In this document: positions 17,736 through 26,505 of the stretch, piece by piece | Layout: each line of letters begins with the position of its first letter | Numbering within the stretch: position 1 is the first letter of the stretch | NCBI GenBank assembly: GCA_963675595.2 | Contig: CAXXLZ010000003.1 | Span: 192,001-256,000, forward strand | DNA: 64,000 nt | Direction: 5' to 3' | Origin: Thermodesulfobacteriota bacterium | GTDB taxonomy: Bacteria; Desulfobacterota; Desulfarculia; JACQYL01 | Translations under genes and position numbers: made by a program | The notes under the pieces: model-generated | Told to the model about the DNA's origin: nothing | The model's input: only the letters and a program-made list of their open reading frames with translations | The model's database searches: none

Positions 17736-18644
17736 TTAGCCGGTTCCGGATTCCGCCGGCTGCTTGAATACCGTTGGATACGATTCTCGCAGATATTCTT
17801 CCAAGGCTTCAGCCCATGGACGCAGGGAGTCCGCCTTGGTGTTCAGCAATACGGAGAACTTGGGCCTGGCGGCCGGGCGGGGGAACTCTTCGCCGGCGAC
17901 CGGTTCCACACGAATTTTGACCCCGGCCAGTTCGAACAGCTTGATCGCAGCCGAATACCATGTGCAATAGCCCTGGTTACATAGGTGGTAGATTCCCGAT
18001 GGTTTGTGGGATTCCAGCAGGTCTCGCGTCGCTCGGGCCAGGTCGGGCGTATAGGTGAAACAAGCGGTTTCTTCATTCACCACCTTGAGAACCGAACGCC
18101 GGAGACTGAGTTCCAGCATGGTTTCGAAAAAATCCTTCTTGGCGTTCGGGCTGGGAGCCTGAGGGCCGAAGAGCTTCGAAGTGCGTATGAGATAAAAGCG
18201 GAGCCCTTTTTCGCGTCGATCAAGCACCTCCTTCTCTCCGTGGAGCTTGGAAGCACCGTATCTGTTGATGGGGTGGGGGAGGTCCGTTTCCCGGTATCCT
18301 TCTGAATGGTCTCCCGTGAATACGTAGTCCGTGGAATAATGAACGAACAAGGCTCGCGTCCGCAACGCCGCTTCGGCGAGGTATCCCACACCGACCCCAT
18401 TGACCCGCTCGGCCAGTTCGTATTCAGAATCGTCTTGTTCGCAAAGGTCGACTGAATTGTAGGCCGACGCGTTGATCAGTATGTCCGGAGTTAGTTCCGT
18501 AATCAGGGCGAGCACTTGATCTTTGCGAGTGATGTCCAGCTCCGTCCGGGACAGGGCGATGACCTCGTTTCCCTCCCACTCGCTGAACAGTTTCACCAAC
18601 TGTTGACCTAAATTGCCCCGGGGTCCGACGACCGCGATCTTCAT
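17736..18644 (-). CDS. rfbD: dTDP-4-dehydrorhamnose reductase
   Basis: GPRGNLG, INASAYNSVD, HYSTDYVF, YGASK, FPRPAARPKFSVL. Confidence 0.9.
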   Translation of the reverse strand: MKIAVVGPRGNLGQQLVKLFSEWEGNEVIALSRTELDITRKDQVLALITELTPDILINASAYNSVDLCEQDDSEYELAERVNGVGVGYLAEAALRTRALFVHYSTDYVFTGDHSEGYRETDLPHPINRYGASKLHGEKEVLDRREKGLRFYLIRTSKLFGPQAPSPNAKKDFFETMLELSLRRSVLKVVNEETACFTYTPDLARATRDLLESHKPSGIYHLCNQGYCTWYSAAIKLFELAGVKIRVEPVAGEEFPRPAARPKFSVLLNTKADSLRPWAEALEEYLRESYPTVFKQPAESGTG

Positions 18645-18807
18645 GATGATTCCTCGTGCTTGGATTCGGGAGCCGACATAGGTTCGTCAACGGCGAGTTT
18701 CACCGATACCGAGGCGGGTCCAAACCGTTTGGGAAACGATAGACCGAGCCCTGCAGGCCGGCTCGCAGCTTCGTTTCAAGCGCTTGCGTTGCCGTGCGGT
18801 GTATCGC

Positions 18808-19713
18808 CTAAGCGCAGCGCACCCTGCACACGGTGCGGTTTCTTCCCGCGTTCTTTGCCTCGTAGAGAGCCTGATCAGCCATTTGTACCAGAAGGGAGGG
18901 ATCGGAATCATCGTCCGGGATGATGCTTGCCACTCCCAAACTGACGGTAACGGCCGAATGCACCCCGGAACGCTCATGGGGGATGTTCAGACCCATGGTC
19001 CTTTCGCGGATAAGTTCAGCCAAATGCCGGGCCCCTTCCAAGGGCGTATTGGGCAGGACAACGGCGAATTCTTCTCCTCCGTATCTTGCGGTGAGATCGC
19101 CGGGCCGTTTGACGCTTTCCGCGATGGCGCGCGCCAAGGACCTCAGGCAGTCATCTCCCGCTTGATGTCCGTAGAAGTCGTTGAAACGCTTGAAATGGTC
19201 CACATCGATGAGGATCAAAGACAGCGGTTGCTTTTCTCTCTTCAGGCGTTTCCATGCCTGGAGCAGGGTTTCGTCGAAAAGTCTTCGGGTGGCCACCCGG
19301 GTCAGCCCGTCGAAATCGGCGAGCAGTTGGAGTTCGTGATTCGCGGCCTGGAGAGCTTCCTCCGCACGCTTCCTCTCTTGGATTTCCTTTTCCAGGAGTT
19401 CGTTCTTGGTTTCGAGCTCGGCGGTGCGTTCTTCGACTTTGGTCTCGAGAACGGCGGAGTCCTGTAGGAGCTGCTTGTGGGCGCGTTCCAATTCCTCGAG
19501 CGTCTGTTCCAAGCGAAACTCTCTGGCTTCGAGTCTTACCATCATCATACCGAAGGACTCGGCCAAATCCGAAAGAGTGTCGGGATAGACGCCCTTCTTG
19601 GTGAGTTCGAATAATTCCTCTACAGCCGCCTTGTCGTACTTTCGGTGCGAAATCTCGTGGCAGAGGTTTTTCAGCTTGGCAATCAGGTCGTCCAGCGTCT
19701 GCCGATTTTTCAT
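18808..19713 (-). CDS. Diguanylate cyclase (GGDEF) with an N-terminal coiled region
   Basis: DGLT, DVDHFKRFNDFYGHQAGD, RPGD I-site, RYGGEEF, ADQALYEAK. Start moved to the ATG at 19713 because the longer ORF overlaps the upstream gene. Confidence 0.9.
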   Translation of the reverse strand: MKNRQTLDDLIAKLKNLCHEISHRKYDKAAVEELFELTKKGVYPDTLSDLAESFGMMMVRLEAREFRLEQTLEELERAHKQLLQDSAVLETKVEERTAELETKNELLEKEIQERKRAEEALQAANHELQLLADFDGLTRVATRRLFDETLLQAWKRLKREKQPLSLILIDVDHFKRFNDFYGHQAGDDCLRSLARAIAESVKRPGDLTARYGGEEFAVVLPNTPLEGARHLAELIRERTMGLNIPHERSGVHSAVTVSLGVASIIPDDDSDPSLLVQMADQALYEAKNAGRNRTVCRVRCA

Positions 19714-19828
19714 ATGAAGAACCCACGATCTGGTGGTTGTTCTGGAGCCCACTTGTTTCACCTTGCACCGAAGCTTGAGAAAGGAACCCTGATTCTTCGT
19801 GCCGACATGTTTTCGGTTCAGGTCGGTT

Positions 19829-21358
19829 TCAGGAGGCCTGCGGCAGCCGGCAGGAGTCGATGGTCGGATCAAAAGGTTCGGGAGCCAGAGTAACGGGTCG
19901 TGCCGTCTTTCGTGCGATGGCTCGGAGTGACCCTCGGTACATGTGCTGATGGATCGGATAGAGTACATACCAATAGGCGAGTCCTGAAAGACCCCTGGGC
20001 AGGAACCTTCCGATCTGGCGGAGTTCGGTCTCATTCTCCGACACCGGTTCGATTTGAAATTCCAGGACCGCTTCTCCCGGTGCTTCCATCTCGCCGAAGA
20101 GCACCAAACGGTGCGGGGGATCCATTTGGATGACGCGCCAGAAGTCAAGAGCATCTCCCGTATACAGCTCCGCGGGGTGGCGGCGGCTCCTTTGGCGTCC
20201 CACTCCGCCGAACAGCACGTTGAGCCAACCTCTAAGAGTCCAAAGACGGTCCGCAAAATACCACCCGGAAGGGCCTCCGATCCTGCGGATCGGCTCCCAG
20301 ACTTGTTCCGGGGAGGCTTTTAGGCGAGTTCGATAAGCACAACGCAGGATGGTTCCTCCGGCGTAAGGGGCATCACCGCACTGGACCCATTCGGGGGGCG
20401 CGACGGAGCCTGCGTCCGACCAACAGGTTTCCACACTCTGGCTCCGGATCTTTTCCAAGGCCGTTCTCATGGCTTCCCGAGGCGTGAGCAAGGTTTGAGG
20501 AATGATCTCTTGAATGCGATTGTCACTGCAAACCATGGGATTCTTTAGGCTTTCGGCCAGGGGACCGGCGATGGATGCGGGGAGCGGTGTGATGAGATGA
20601 ATCCAATACGAACTGAGCTCTATGGAGAAGAAGGGGACAGGAATTATGACTCTCTTGGGTAGGTGGGCTTCCTCTACGTATATGTCCATCAACTCTCGAT
20701 AGGTCAGAATCTGAGGCCCGCCGATGTCGAAAGTTTCGCCTGCCGTTTGCGGATGCTCCAGACAACCGATCAGGTAGTGCAGTACGTTGCTGACCGCTAT
20801 GGGCTGGCAGGGAGTGGCCACCCAACGCGGGGTGATCATTATTGGAAGACGATCCATGAGGTAACGTAAAATCTCGAAGGAAGCTCCGCCCGATCCCAGA
20901 ACAACGGCGGCTCGCAGGAATGTGACGGGGACCGAACCGGACTCGAGGATGTGGGCAACCTCGAATCTAGATCTCAGGTGTTTACTTAATCGGGCGCCTT
21001 CGTCTCCAAGTCCTCCCAGGTAGATGATTCGTTCGACGCCTCCCTTTTCCGCAGCCTGAACCATGTTTTGAGCGGCCTTTCTATCGGATCGGGCAAAGTC
21101 GCCGCTCCCTCGGACCATCGAGTGCACCAGGTAGTAGACCGCGAAACAGCCGTCCGCAGCCCTCGTCACGGAATCCGGGTCCAGCATATCCCCTTGTACG
21201 ATTTCGAGGTTTGCGTTGGCCGCCCAGGGCCGGCAACTCAACTTGGCTTTGGATCGCGCGAGGACCCTTACTCGATAGCCCGCCTCAAGCAGACGGGGCG
21301 CCAAGCGTCCTCCGATATAACCGGTCGCGCCGGTGACCAGTATGGGTTTCCGGGTCAT
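19829..21358 (-). CDS. Atypical SDR NAD(P)-binding oxidoreductase with a C-terminal DUF2867-like domain
   Basis: VTGATGYIGG, YYLVHSM, IIYLGGLG, SKHLRSR, GDALDFWRV, GLAYWY. Confidence 0.88.
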   Translation of the reverse strand: MTRKPILVTGATGYIGGRLAPRLLEAGYRVRVLARSKAKLSCRPWAANANLEIVQGDMLDPDSVTRAADGCFAVYYLVHSMVRGSGDFARSDRKAAQNMVQAAEKGGVERIIYLGGLGDEGARLSKHLRSRFEVAHILESGSVPVTFLRAAVVLGSGGASFEILRYLMDRLPIMITPRWVATPCQPIAVSNVLHYLIGCLEHPQTAGETFDIGGPQILTYRELMDIYVEEAHLPKRVIIPVPFFSIELSSYWIHLITPLPASIAGPLAESLKNPMVCSDNRIQEIIPQTLLTPREAMRTALEKIRSQSVETCWSDAGSVAPPEWVQCGDAPYAGGTILRCAYRTRLKASPEQVWEPIRRIGGPSGWYFADRLWTLRGWLNVLFGGVGRQRSRRHPAELYTGDALDFWRVIQMDPPHRLVLFGEMEAPGEAVLEFQIEPVSENETELRQIGRFLPRGLSGLAYWYVLYPIHQHMYRGSLRAIARKTARPVTLAPEPFDPTIDSCRLPQAS

Positions 21359-21444
21359 ATACGTGTTTCCTTTTCCTCGCGTCGTTTTCGGCGAACGCTT
21401 TCCGTGTTTGCGAAGGGATGCCGTCGGCTGCCGGCTTTCGACGG

Positions 21445-22392
21445 TCAGACGTGATTCCTAAGCTGCAATTCGACGGGATGCGGATTGAGATAATACTGGC
21501 TTTTCAAATACGGCTCATCATATTTTCGCACGTAGTGGTTGATCAAGGTGACGGGGACCACCAGCGGGACGTAGGAAGAATGGTAATGTTCTATAACGTC
21601 CAAGAGCTCTCTTTTCTCGTCGGGAGAGAGGTGTTTCTTGAAGTAGCCCATGATGTGGTGAAGTACGTTAACGTTCTTCTTCACCGAGGCTTTCAGACGC
21701 ATGGCTTCGATGAGGAGCTCCTGATAATCGGTAATGACCTCATCGAAGGGGCGGTCTTTGGCGCCGGCCACGATCTTGCCCATGGCGGACAGATGCTTGG
21801 GGCTGTGGGCCATGATCAGGTATTTGTGCCTCGTATGAAAGTCCACCAAGTGTTTGACTTCACGGCCCTTCTTCAGCGAATCCCGCCAATTCCAGTAGAT
21901 GAAGACGCGTTCGATGAAATTTTCCCTCAAACCGGGATCGTGAAGCCTTCCTTCCTCTTCCACGGGCAATAGCGGGAAATGATCCATGAAAGCCCGGGCG
22001 AACAGACCTACGCCGTTCTTGGCGGGAATTCCCCTGTCCGAGTAAACCCGAACACGTTCCATACCGGAACTGGGAGAGTCTTTCTTGAACACAAACCCGC
22101 AAAGCTCCTCCCCCTCCAACTCCTTTACCCTTCCGGCGGCCCAGTTCAGCATTCGATCCGTCATATCCGTTTTGGTCCGGGAAGTGACCAGGCGGGGGCG
22201 TTTGGTATCTCCTTCGAGTCGCATGGACTCCCTGGGCACTCCAAAACCGCACTCCACTTCCGGACAGACCGGCAGGTAGGTCACATAGCGTCCGAGGGTA
22301 TCCCTTAGAAAACGATCCAGGGCGTGCCCGCCGTTGTAACGGACGTTCTCCCCCAGAAGACATTTGCTGATGCCCAATTTGATCTTTTCCAA
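21445..22392 (-). CDS. DUF523 + DUF1722 (YbgA-like) protein
   Basis: GISKCLLGENVRYNGGH, VCPEV.CG.GVPR, KKDSPSSG, EEEGRL, FHTRHKY; GGAGG RBS precedes the TTG at 22392. Confidence 0.9.
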   Translation of the reverse strand: MEKIKLGISKCLLGENVRYNGGHALDRFLRDTLGRYVTYLPVCPEVECGFGVPRESMRLEGDTKRPRLVTSRTKTDMTDRMLNWAAGRVKELEGEELCGFVFKKDSPSSGMERVRVYSDRGIPAKNGVGLFARAFMDHFPLLPVEEEGRLHDPGLRENFIERVFIYWNWRDSLKKGREVKHLVDFHTRHKYLIMAHSPKHLSAMGKIVAGAKDRPFDEVITDYQELLIEAMRLKASVKKNVNVLHHIMGYFKKHLSPDEKRELLDVIEHYHSSYVPLVVPVTLINHYVRKYDEPYLKSQYYLNPHPVELQLRNHV

Positions 22393-22494
22393 AGAGCGGC
22401 CTCCTCTCGTTTTTGCTCGCTTCACGGTCCGGGGGGCCTTGCGTTCCACACTCGGAATGGGTGGTCCGTCGCGTCCAAGCCCTCGATACCGACT

Positions 22495-24399
22495 TCAGCG
22501 CCGGGTGCGGAGGACTCTTTTTTCGCCGATTCGAATAGTGATTTGCATACGGTCGAAATATTCGAGCAGAGGAATGGTATATTTCCTCGACGCCCCCGTC
22601 ATGTCTTTGAATTCCTGGGTATTGATTTCCCCTTTTTCCGTAAGATGGTCGATCAGCTTTTGTTGCAGTTGGTCGAGAGGCTGCACGTGAAAGTACAGAT
22701 CCTCCTTGACTTTCACCAACGTTTTTTCCTTTACCAAGTGCGTGAGCACCTCCTTCATGATCTTGGGAGGAATCGCGTCCTGCAGCTCTTTGAAATAGGG
22801 CGGTGTTAGACCGGCTTTGAAGTAGGTGTCCTCAAGACGCAAGCGGAATTCGTCTTCCTCCTGCTTCAGATGGACTTGGTGAGAGGAAAGGTGGACGGCA
22901 TCCTGTTCAACTTGGATCGTGCCCTCTTTCGACAACGCGCCGATGAGCGAGTTGAACAAGCGGGTGTCCATATGGGGGACCTGAGACTTGAGTTCCTGCC
23001 GGTTGATTCCGACTCGAAGAGGGAACTTCCGATGGTATTCATCCAGCAATCCGGTAAGTTTTTCCACCAGTGCTTCGAACTCGCGGGCATGCACATAAAG
23101 GGGCGGCTCCTTCGAATACTGAATGACCTCGCGGTCCGTTTGGAGCTGTTGCAGGGAGGCTTCAAGTATTTTCTTCGTATAAGGAGTCGTTCGAGCAAGA
23201 TCGTCCCTGGACAGCCCGTTCATCCCGGCCTGATGGACGAGAGCGGCGATCAGCTCGCCCGACGTGCCGTCTTTGAACACTCTTAACCGTTGTATCACGT
23301 CTTCGCGGTTTCGCTTGTGGCGAGGAGGTGCGGAGGCGAGAATCTCGCCGCCGCCGATCGTGTGGATCGGGGAATAGGACCTGATGACGTAGCGATCGTG
23401 AGGAAGTAACGCCGTGGGGGCTTGTAGGAGGAATTGGGCAAAAACGGCTTCACCCGGTTTGGCTTCGTCCCTGTCGAGCAGCTTGACCGTGGCGAGGATT
23501 TCGGATGTCCCGGTATGAAAACGGACTCTGGTTCGATGCTTCAGGGGGCGAGCCATGCTTTTCAGAAGTTGTAGATATACATCCACCTGCCTCGTGACCA
23601 CCAGCGAATCAGCATTTGCGAGGATATCGCCGCGGTCGATGGTTTCCTTCTCGATCCCCTGAAGATTGATGGCCGTTCGTAGCCCGGCCGACGCAACTTC
23701 CACCTCGTGGCCGTGGACCTGCAAGCCACGGATCTTGGTTTCCACGCCTTTGGGATAAATGGCTACCGGTTCTCCCAAGGCGATGGTGCCGCTTATGGAA
23801 GTACCGGTCACGACCGTACCGAATCCTTTCATCGTGAAAACGCGGTCTATGGGAAGTCTGTACACGCCGGTCTGCTTCTTCTCCGCAACCTCGGACGCAA
23901 GTTTGTCCAATTCCTGCTTGAGTTCGTCCAAACCCGAGCCGGTAACGGCGGAAACGGGGATCACCGGAGCGTTTTCCAGAAATGAGCCTTCAAGGAAGGC
24001 CTCGACGTCTTCCGTAACGAGATCAAGCCAGTCTTCGTCCACCATGTCCACCTTGGTCAAGGCGACCAATCCCGTCTTAACCTGCAACAGCTGGCAGATT
24101 TCCATATGTTCTCTGGTTTGAGGCATGACGCCTTCATCAGCGGCGATGACCAGCGCCACCATATCCACCGTGGCCGCACCAGCCACCATGTTCTTCACAA
24201 ACCTCTCATGTCCGGGCACGTCGATGATTCCGAGGAGCTGTCCCGAGGGCAACGTGAGGTTGGCAAACCCGAGTTCGATGGTGATTCCCCGGAGTTTTTC
24301 CTCCTTCAACCGGTCCGTGTCGATACCCGTGAGGGCCTTGATGAGTGAAGTCTTCCCGTGGTCGATGTGGCCGGCGGTGCCCAAAACGATGTGTTTCAT
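22495..24399 (-). CDS. selB: Selenocysteine-specific translation elongation factor
   Basis: [38 protein letters not shown]-terminal winged helix [13 protein letters not shown]. Confidence 0.97.
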   Translation of the reverse strand: MKHIVLGTAGHIDHGKTSLIKALTGIDTDRLKEEKLRGITIELGFANLTLPSGQLLGIIDVPGHERFVKNMVAGAATVDMVALVIAADEGVMPQTREHMEICQLLQVKTGLVALTKVDMVDEDWLDLVTEDVEAFLEGSFLENAPVIPVSAVTGSGLDELKQELDKLASEVAEKKQTGVYRLPIDRVFTMKGFGTVVTGTSISGTIALGEPVAIYPKGVETKIRGLQVHGHEVEVASAGLRTAINLQGIEKETIDRGDILANADSLVVTRQVDVYLQLLKSMARPLKHRTRVRFHTGTSEILATVKLLDRDEAKPGEAVFAQFLLQAPTALLPHDRYVIRSYSPIHTIGGGEILASAPPRHKRNREDVIQRLRVFKDGTSGELIAALVHQAGMNGLSRDDLARTTPYTKKILEASLQQLQTDREVIQYSKEPPLYVHAREFEALVEKLTGLLDEYHRKFPLRVGINRQELKSQVPHMDTRLFNSLIGALSKEGTIQVEQDAVHLSSHQVHLKQEEDEFRLRLEDTYFKAGLTPPYFKELQDAIPPKIMKEVLTHLVKEKTLVKVKEDLYFHVQPLDQLQQKLIDHLTEKGEINTQEFKDMTGASRKYTIPLLEYFDRMQITIRIGEKRVLRTRR

Positions 24400-24642
24400 A
24401 ACTCAGGAGGTCTCCTCGACGGATAGAAGGTGGCCGTGCTTTAGGCTGAAATGAAATTATATAGCGCCCGAGACGTTGTTATGCAAGCCGGCCTTTAGCG
24501 GTATGACGAACAGATGCTTTCCTACAGAGCTATCCGTGATGTAGCGGTAGTCATCGAAGCCGTAGATGGAAATTCGGCTTTACACTTTGAGCCGGATCGG
24601 GTATAAGTCCCGAACATCTTGCCAGAACAAGAGGACGTATCC

Positions 24643-26205
24643 ATGGCGGAACGAACCGGTTCGAGGAAAGGGAAGGGAAGAAAGAACGTCAATTTTGATG
24701 AACGGGAGAAGAAGGGCATCCTGGAGACGGTGGCCAAGTCCGATAAACCCGTTGCCCAGATTCTTCAGGAACTAGGTATTTCCCGTTCCACCTACTATAA
24801 TTGGCTGAAGCGTTTTGAAGAAGAAGGTGAAGAAGGTCTTAAAGACAAGCGGGATTCCGAAGTAAGGCGCGGGTCCGAAGACCTGGAGGCAATATCCGCG
24901 CTCGAGGGACCCGAAAGCGCAACGAGGCCTTCACCCTATGCCGATGAGGCGGCCCCCGAACCGCCTTCCGTTTTCATTGAAGTGCCCAAAGAGAAGACCA
25001 CCGATCGGGAAATTGAGCCCTCCCACGTGACGGTGCCAAGCGAAAGAACCCCGTCGCCGTATGCGGCCGACTCATGCCCCGAACTCCCGGCACCTCCGCT
25101 GGTAATCGACCGTCCGGCGGCATCGTATGCGACTGTGGCGGAAGCTTCCGCTCATGCGGGAGCGGTTAAGACTGAACGGGTCGCCGTAGAGCCCGGAGAA
25201 TCGGACGAACCTCAAGAGGTGAAACCGGTTCCGTCGGGAATCACGGAAACCGGTGCCCCGGAATCGCTACGAGAGCCGGAAGAGTCGGAGATGGAGAGTG
25301 GAATTCCGGGAAAAGCAGCGGTGCAACCCGATGCAACCGTCGAATCGATCAAGGAGGAAACCATTGTGAGCGACCAACCCCAGCAACCGGTATCCGGGCA
25401 AGTACCCCCGGGGAAAATCGGTAAGGGTTCGAGAACGACCCCTACCTTCTATTTTCTTATTGCCATTGTCATCGGCATCACCGGTATCGTGCTTACTCTT
25501 TCCATGTACAATGCGGCAGGTTATTTCTTTCAACAGGAAGATGGAAAACTCGCCTTGTGGAAAGGTCGCTTCGCACCGTTCGGGACGGAAAGAGTCGACG
25601 GCTTCAAGCCCTTGGACACGGGCCTCGTTGATGCGACCCCGGTTCTTGAAAAGAGGTTCCATGGAGAGTGGGACGCGTTGAACTCACTTTTCATGCTCAT
25701 ACTGACCAAGGCCGATTCCATGCTGAGCGGCGCGGATGAACCGGACTATGGAGCGGCGAACGCCTATTTGAGTCTTGCGGAGAGCATTGCCGCCAACGGT
25801 GGTGAAGACAGCCCCCAGAGCCTGATGATGCAGTACCACTTGGTTGACAAGCGTATTGGACAGACCGAGAAACGCCTGGGCGGTCTTTATGCTGAAAAGG
25901 AGAATATTCTCGGGCGGCTGCACGCTCCGGGCAGTAGTATGACGCGCACCGAGGTCGAAAGCGAGTTGAGTCGAGTCTCCGGGAAGCGGAAAGAACTTGC
26001 TCGGTGGATGTCCAGTCCGGTGGAAGACGGTTCCGAGGCGCAGGTAGATAGGACCGGACCGGCGGCGGCTCAAGGTGAGCGAGCCAAGTCTGGAAAACCT
26101 TCGGGCAAGATGTTCCAGCCGGCGATTACACCGGCTCTTGAAAAGGAAACGGCGCTTTCGGGAAAAGGCAAGACCGGAGTTTCGGAATCCGGAAAGGAGA
26201 AATAG
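24643..26205 (+). CDS. Single-pass membrane protein with an N-terminal transposase-like HTH, Pro/Glu-rich linker and extracytoplasmic C-terminal domain
   Basis: EKKGILETVAKSDKPVAQILQELGISRSTYYNWLKRFEEEGEEGLKD; TM FYFLIAIVIGITGIVLTLSMY; GAGGA RBS before ATG 24643. Confidence 0.75.
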   Translation: MAERTGSRKGKGRKNVNFDEREKKGILETVAKSDKPVAQILQELGISRSTYYNWLKRFEEEGEEGLKDKRDSEVRRGSEDLEAISALEGPESATRPSPYADEAAPEPPSVFIEVPKEKTTDREIEPSHVTVPSERTPSPYAADSCPELPAPPLVIDRPAASYATVAEASAHAGAVKTERVAVEPGESDEPQEVKPVPSGITETGAPESLREPEESEMESGIPGKAAVQPDATVESIKEETIVSDQPQQPVSGQVPPGKIGKGSRTTPTFYFLIAIVIGITGIVLTLSMYNAAGYFFQQEDGKLALWKGRFAPFGTERVDGFKPLDTGLVDATPVLEKRFHGEWDALNSLFMLILTKADSMLSGADEPDYGAANAYLSLAESIAANGGEDSPQSLMMQYHLVDKRIGQTEKRLGGLYAEKENILGRLHAPGSSMTRTEVESELSRVSGKRKELARWMSSPVEDGSEAQVDRTGPAAAQGERAKSGKPSGKMFQPAITPALEKETALSGKGKTGVSESGKEK

Positions 26206-26505
26206 GCTTTTCCAGGCGGCTAAGGGGCTGTGCACACGGATGACGCCCCTCTCAAACACCGATCGTTTTCCCGACTTCTATTAGCCACGGAACCTCCTTG
26301 AGCGTTTCAGTGGCTAATTTTGTTTTACTCTCACGCGTTCGGCGGCGGGCCATACATAGGCTTGACCGCGCAAATGAAGCGACCCGAGCTTAGGGCGGGG
26401 ACGCGTCCAATAATGGTCTCGTATTCGCTTCGGGACCTTTTCATCGGAGCCGGGACCTCTCGTGCGGGGAAGGCTTCCGATCGTATAATTCTGGAGGAGA
26501 AGGCT

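Noticed and set aside
19714-20256. Long N-terminal extension of the GGDEF ORF
   Set aside because: It overlaps the SDR-DUF2867 gene in another frame and reads as non-protein-like; ATG 19713 is the better start.
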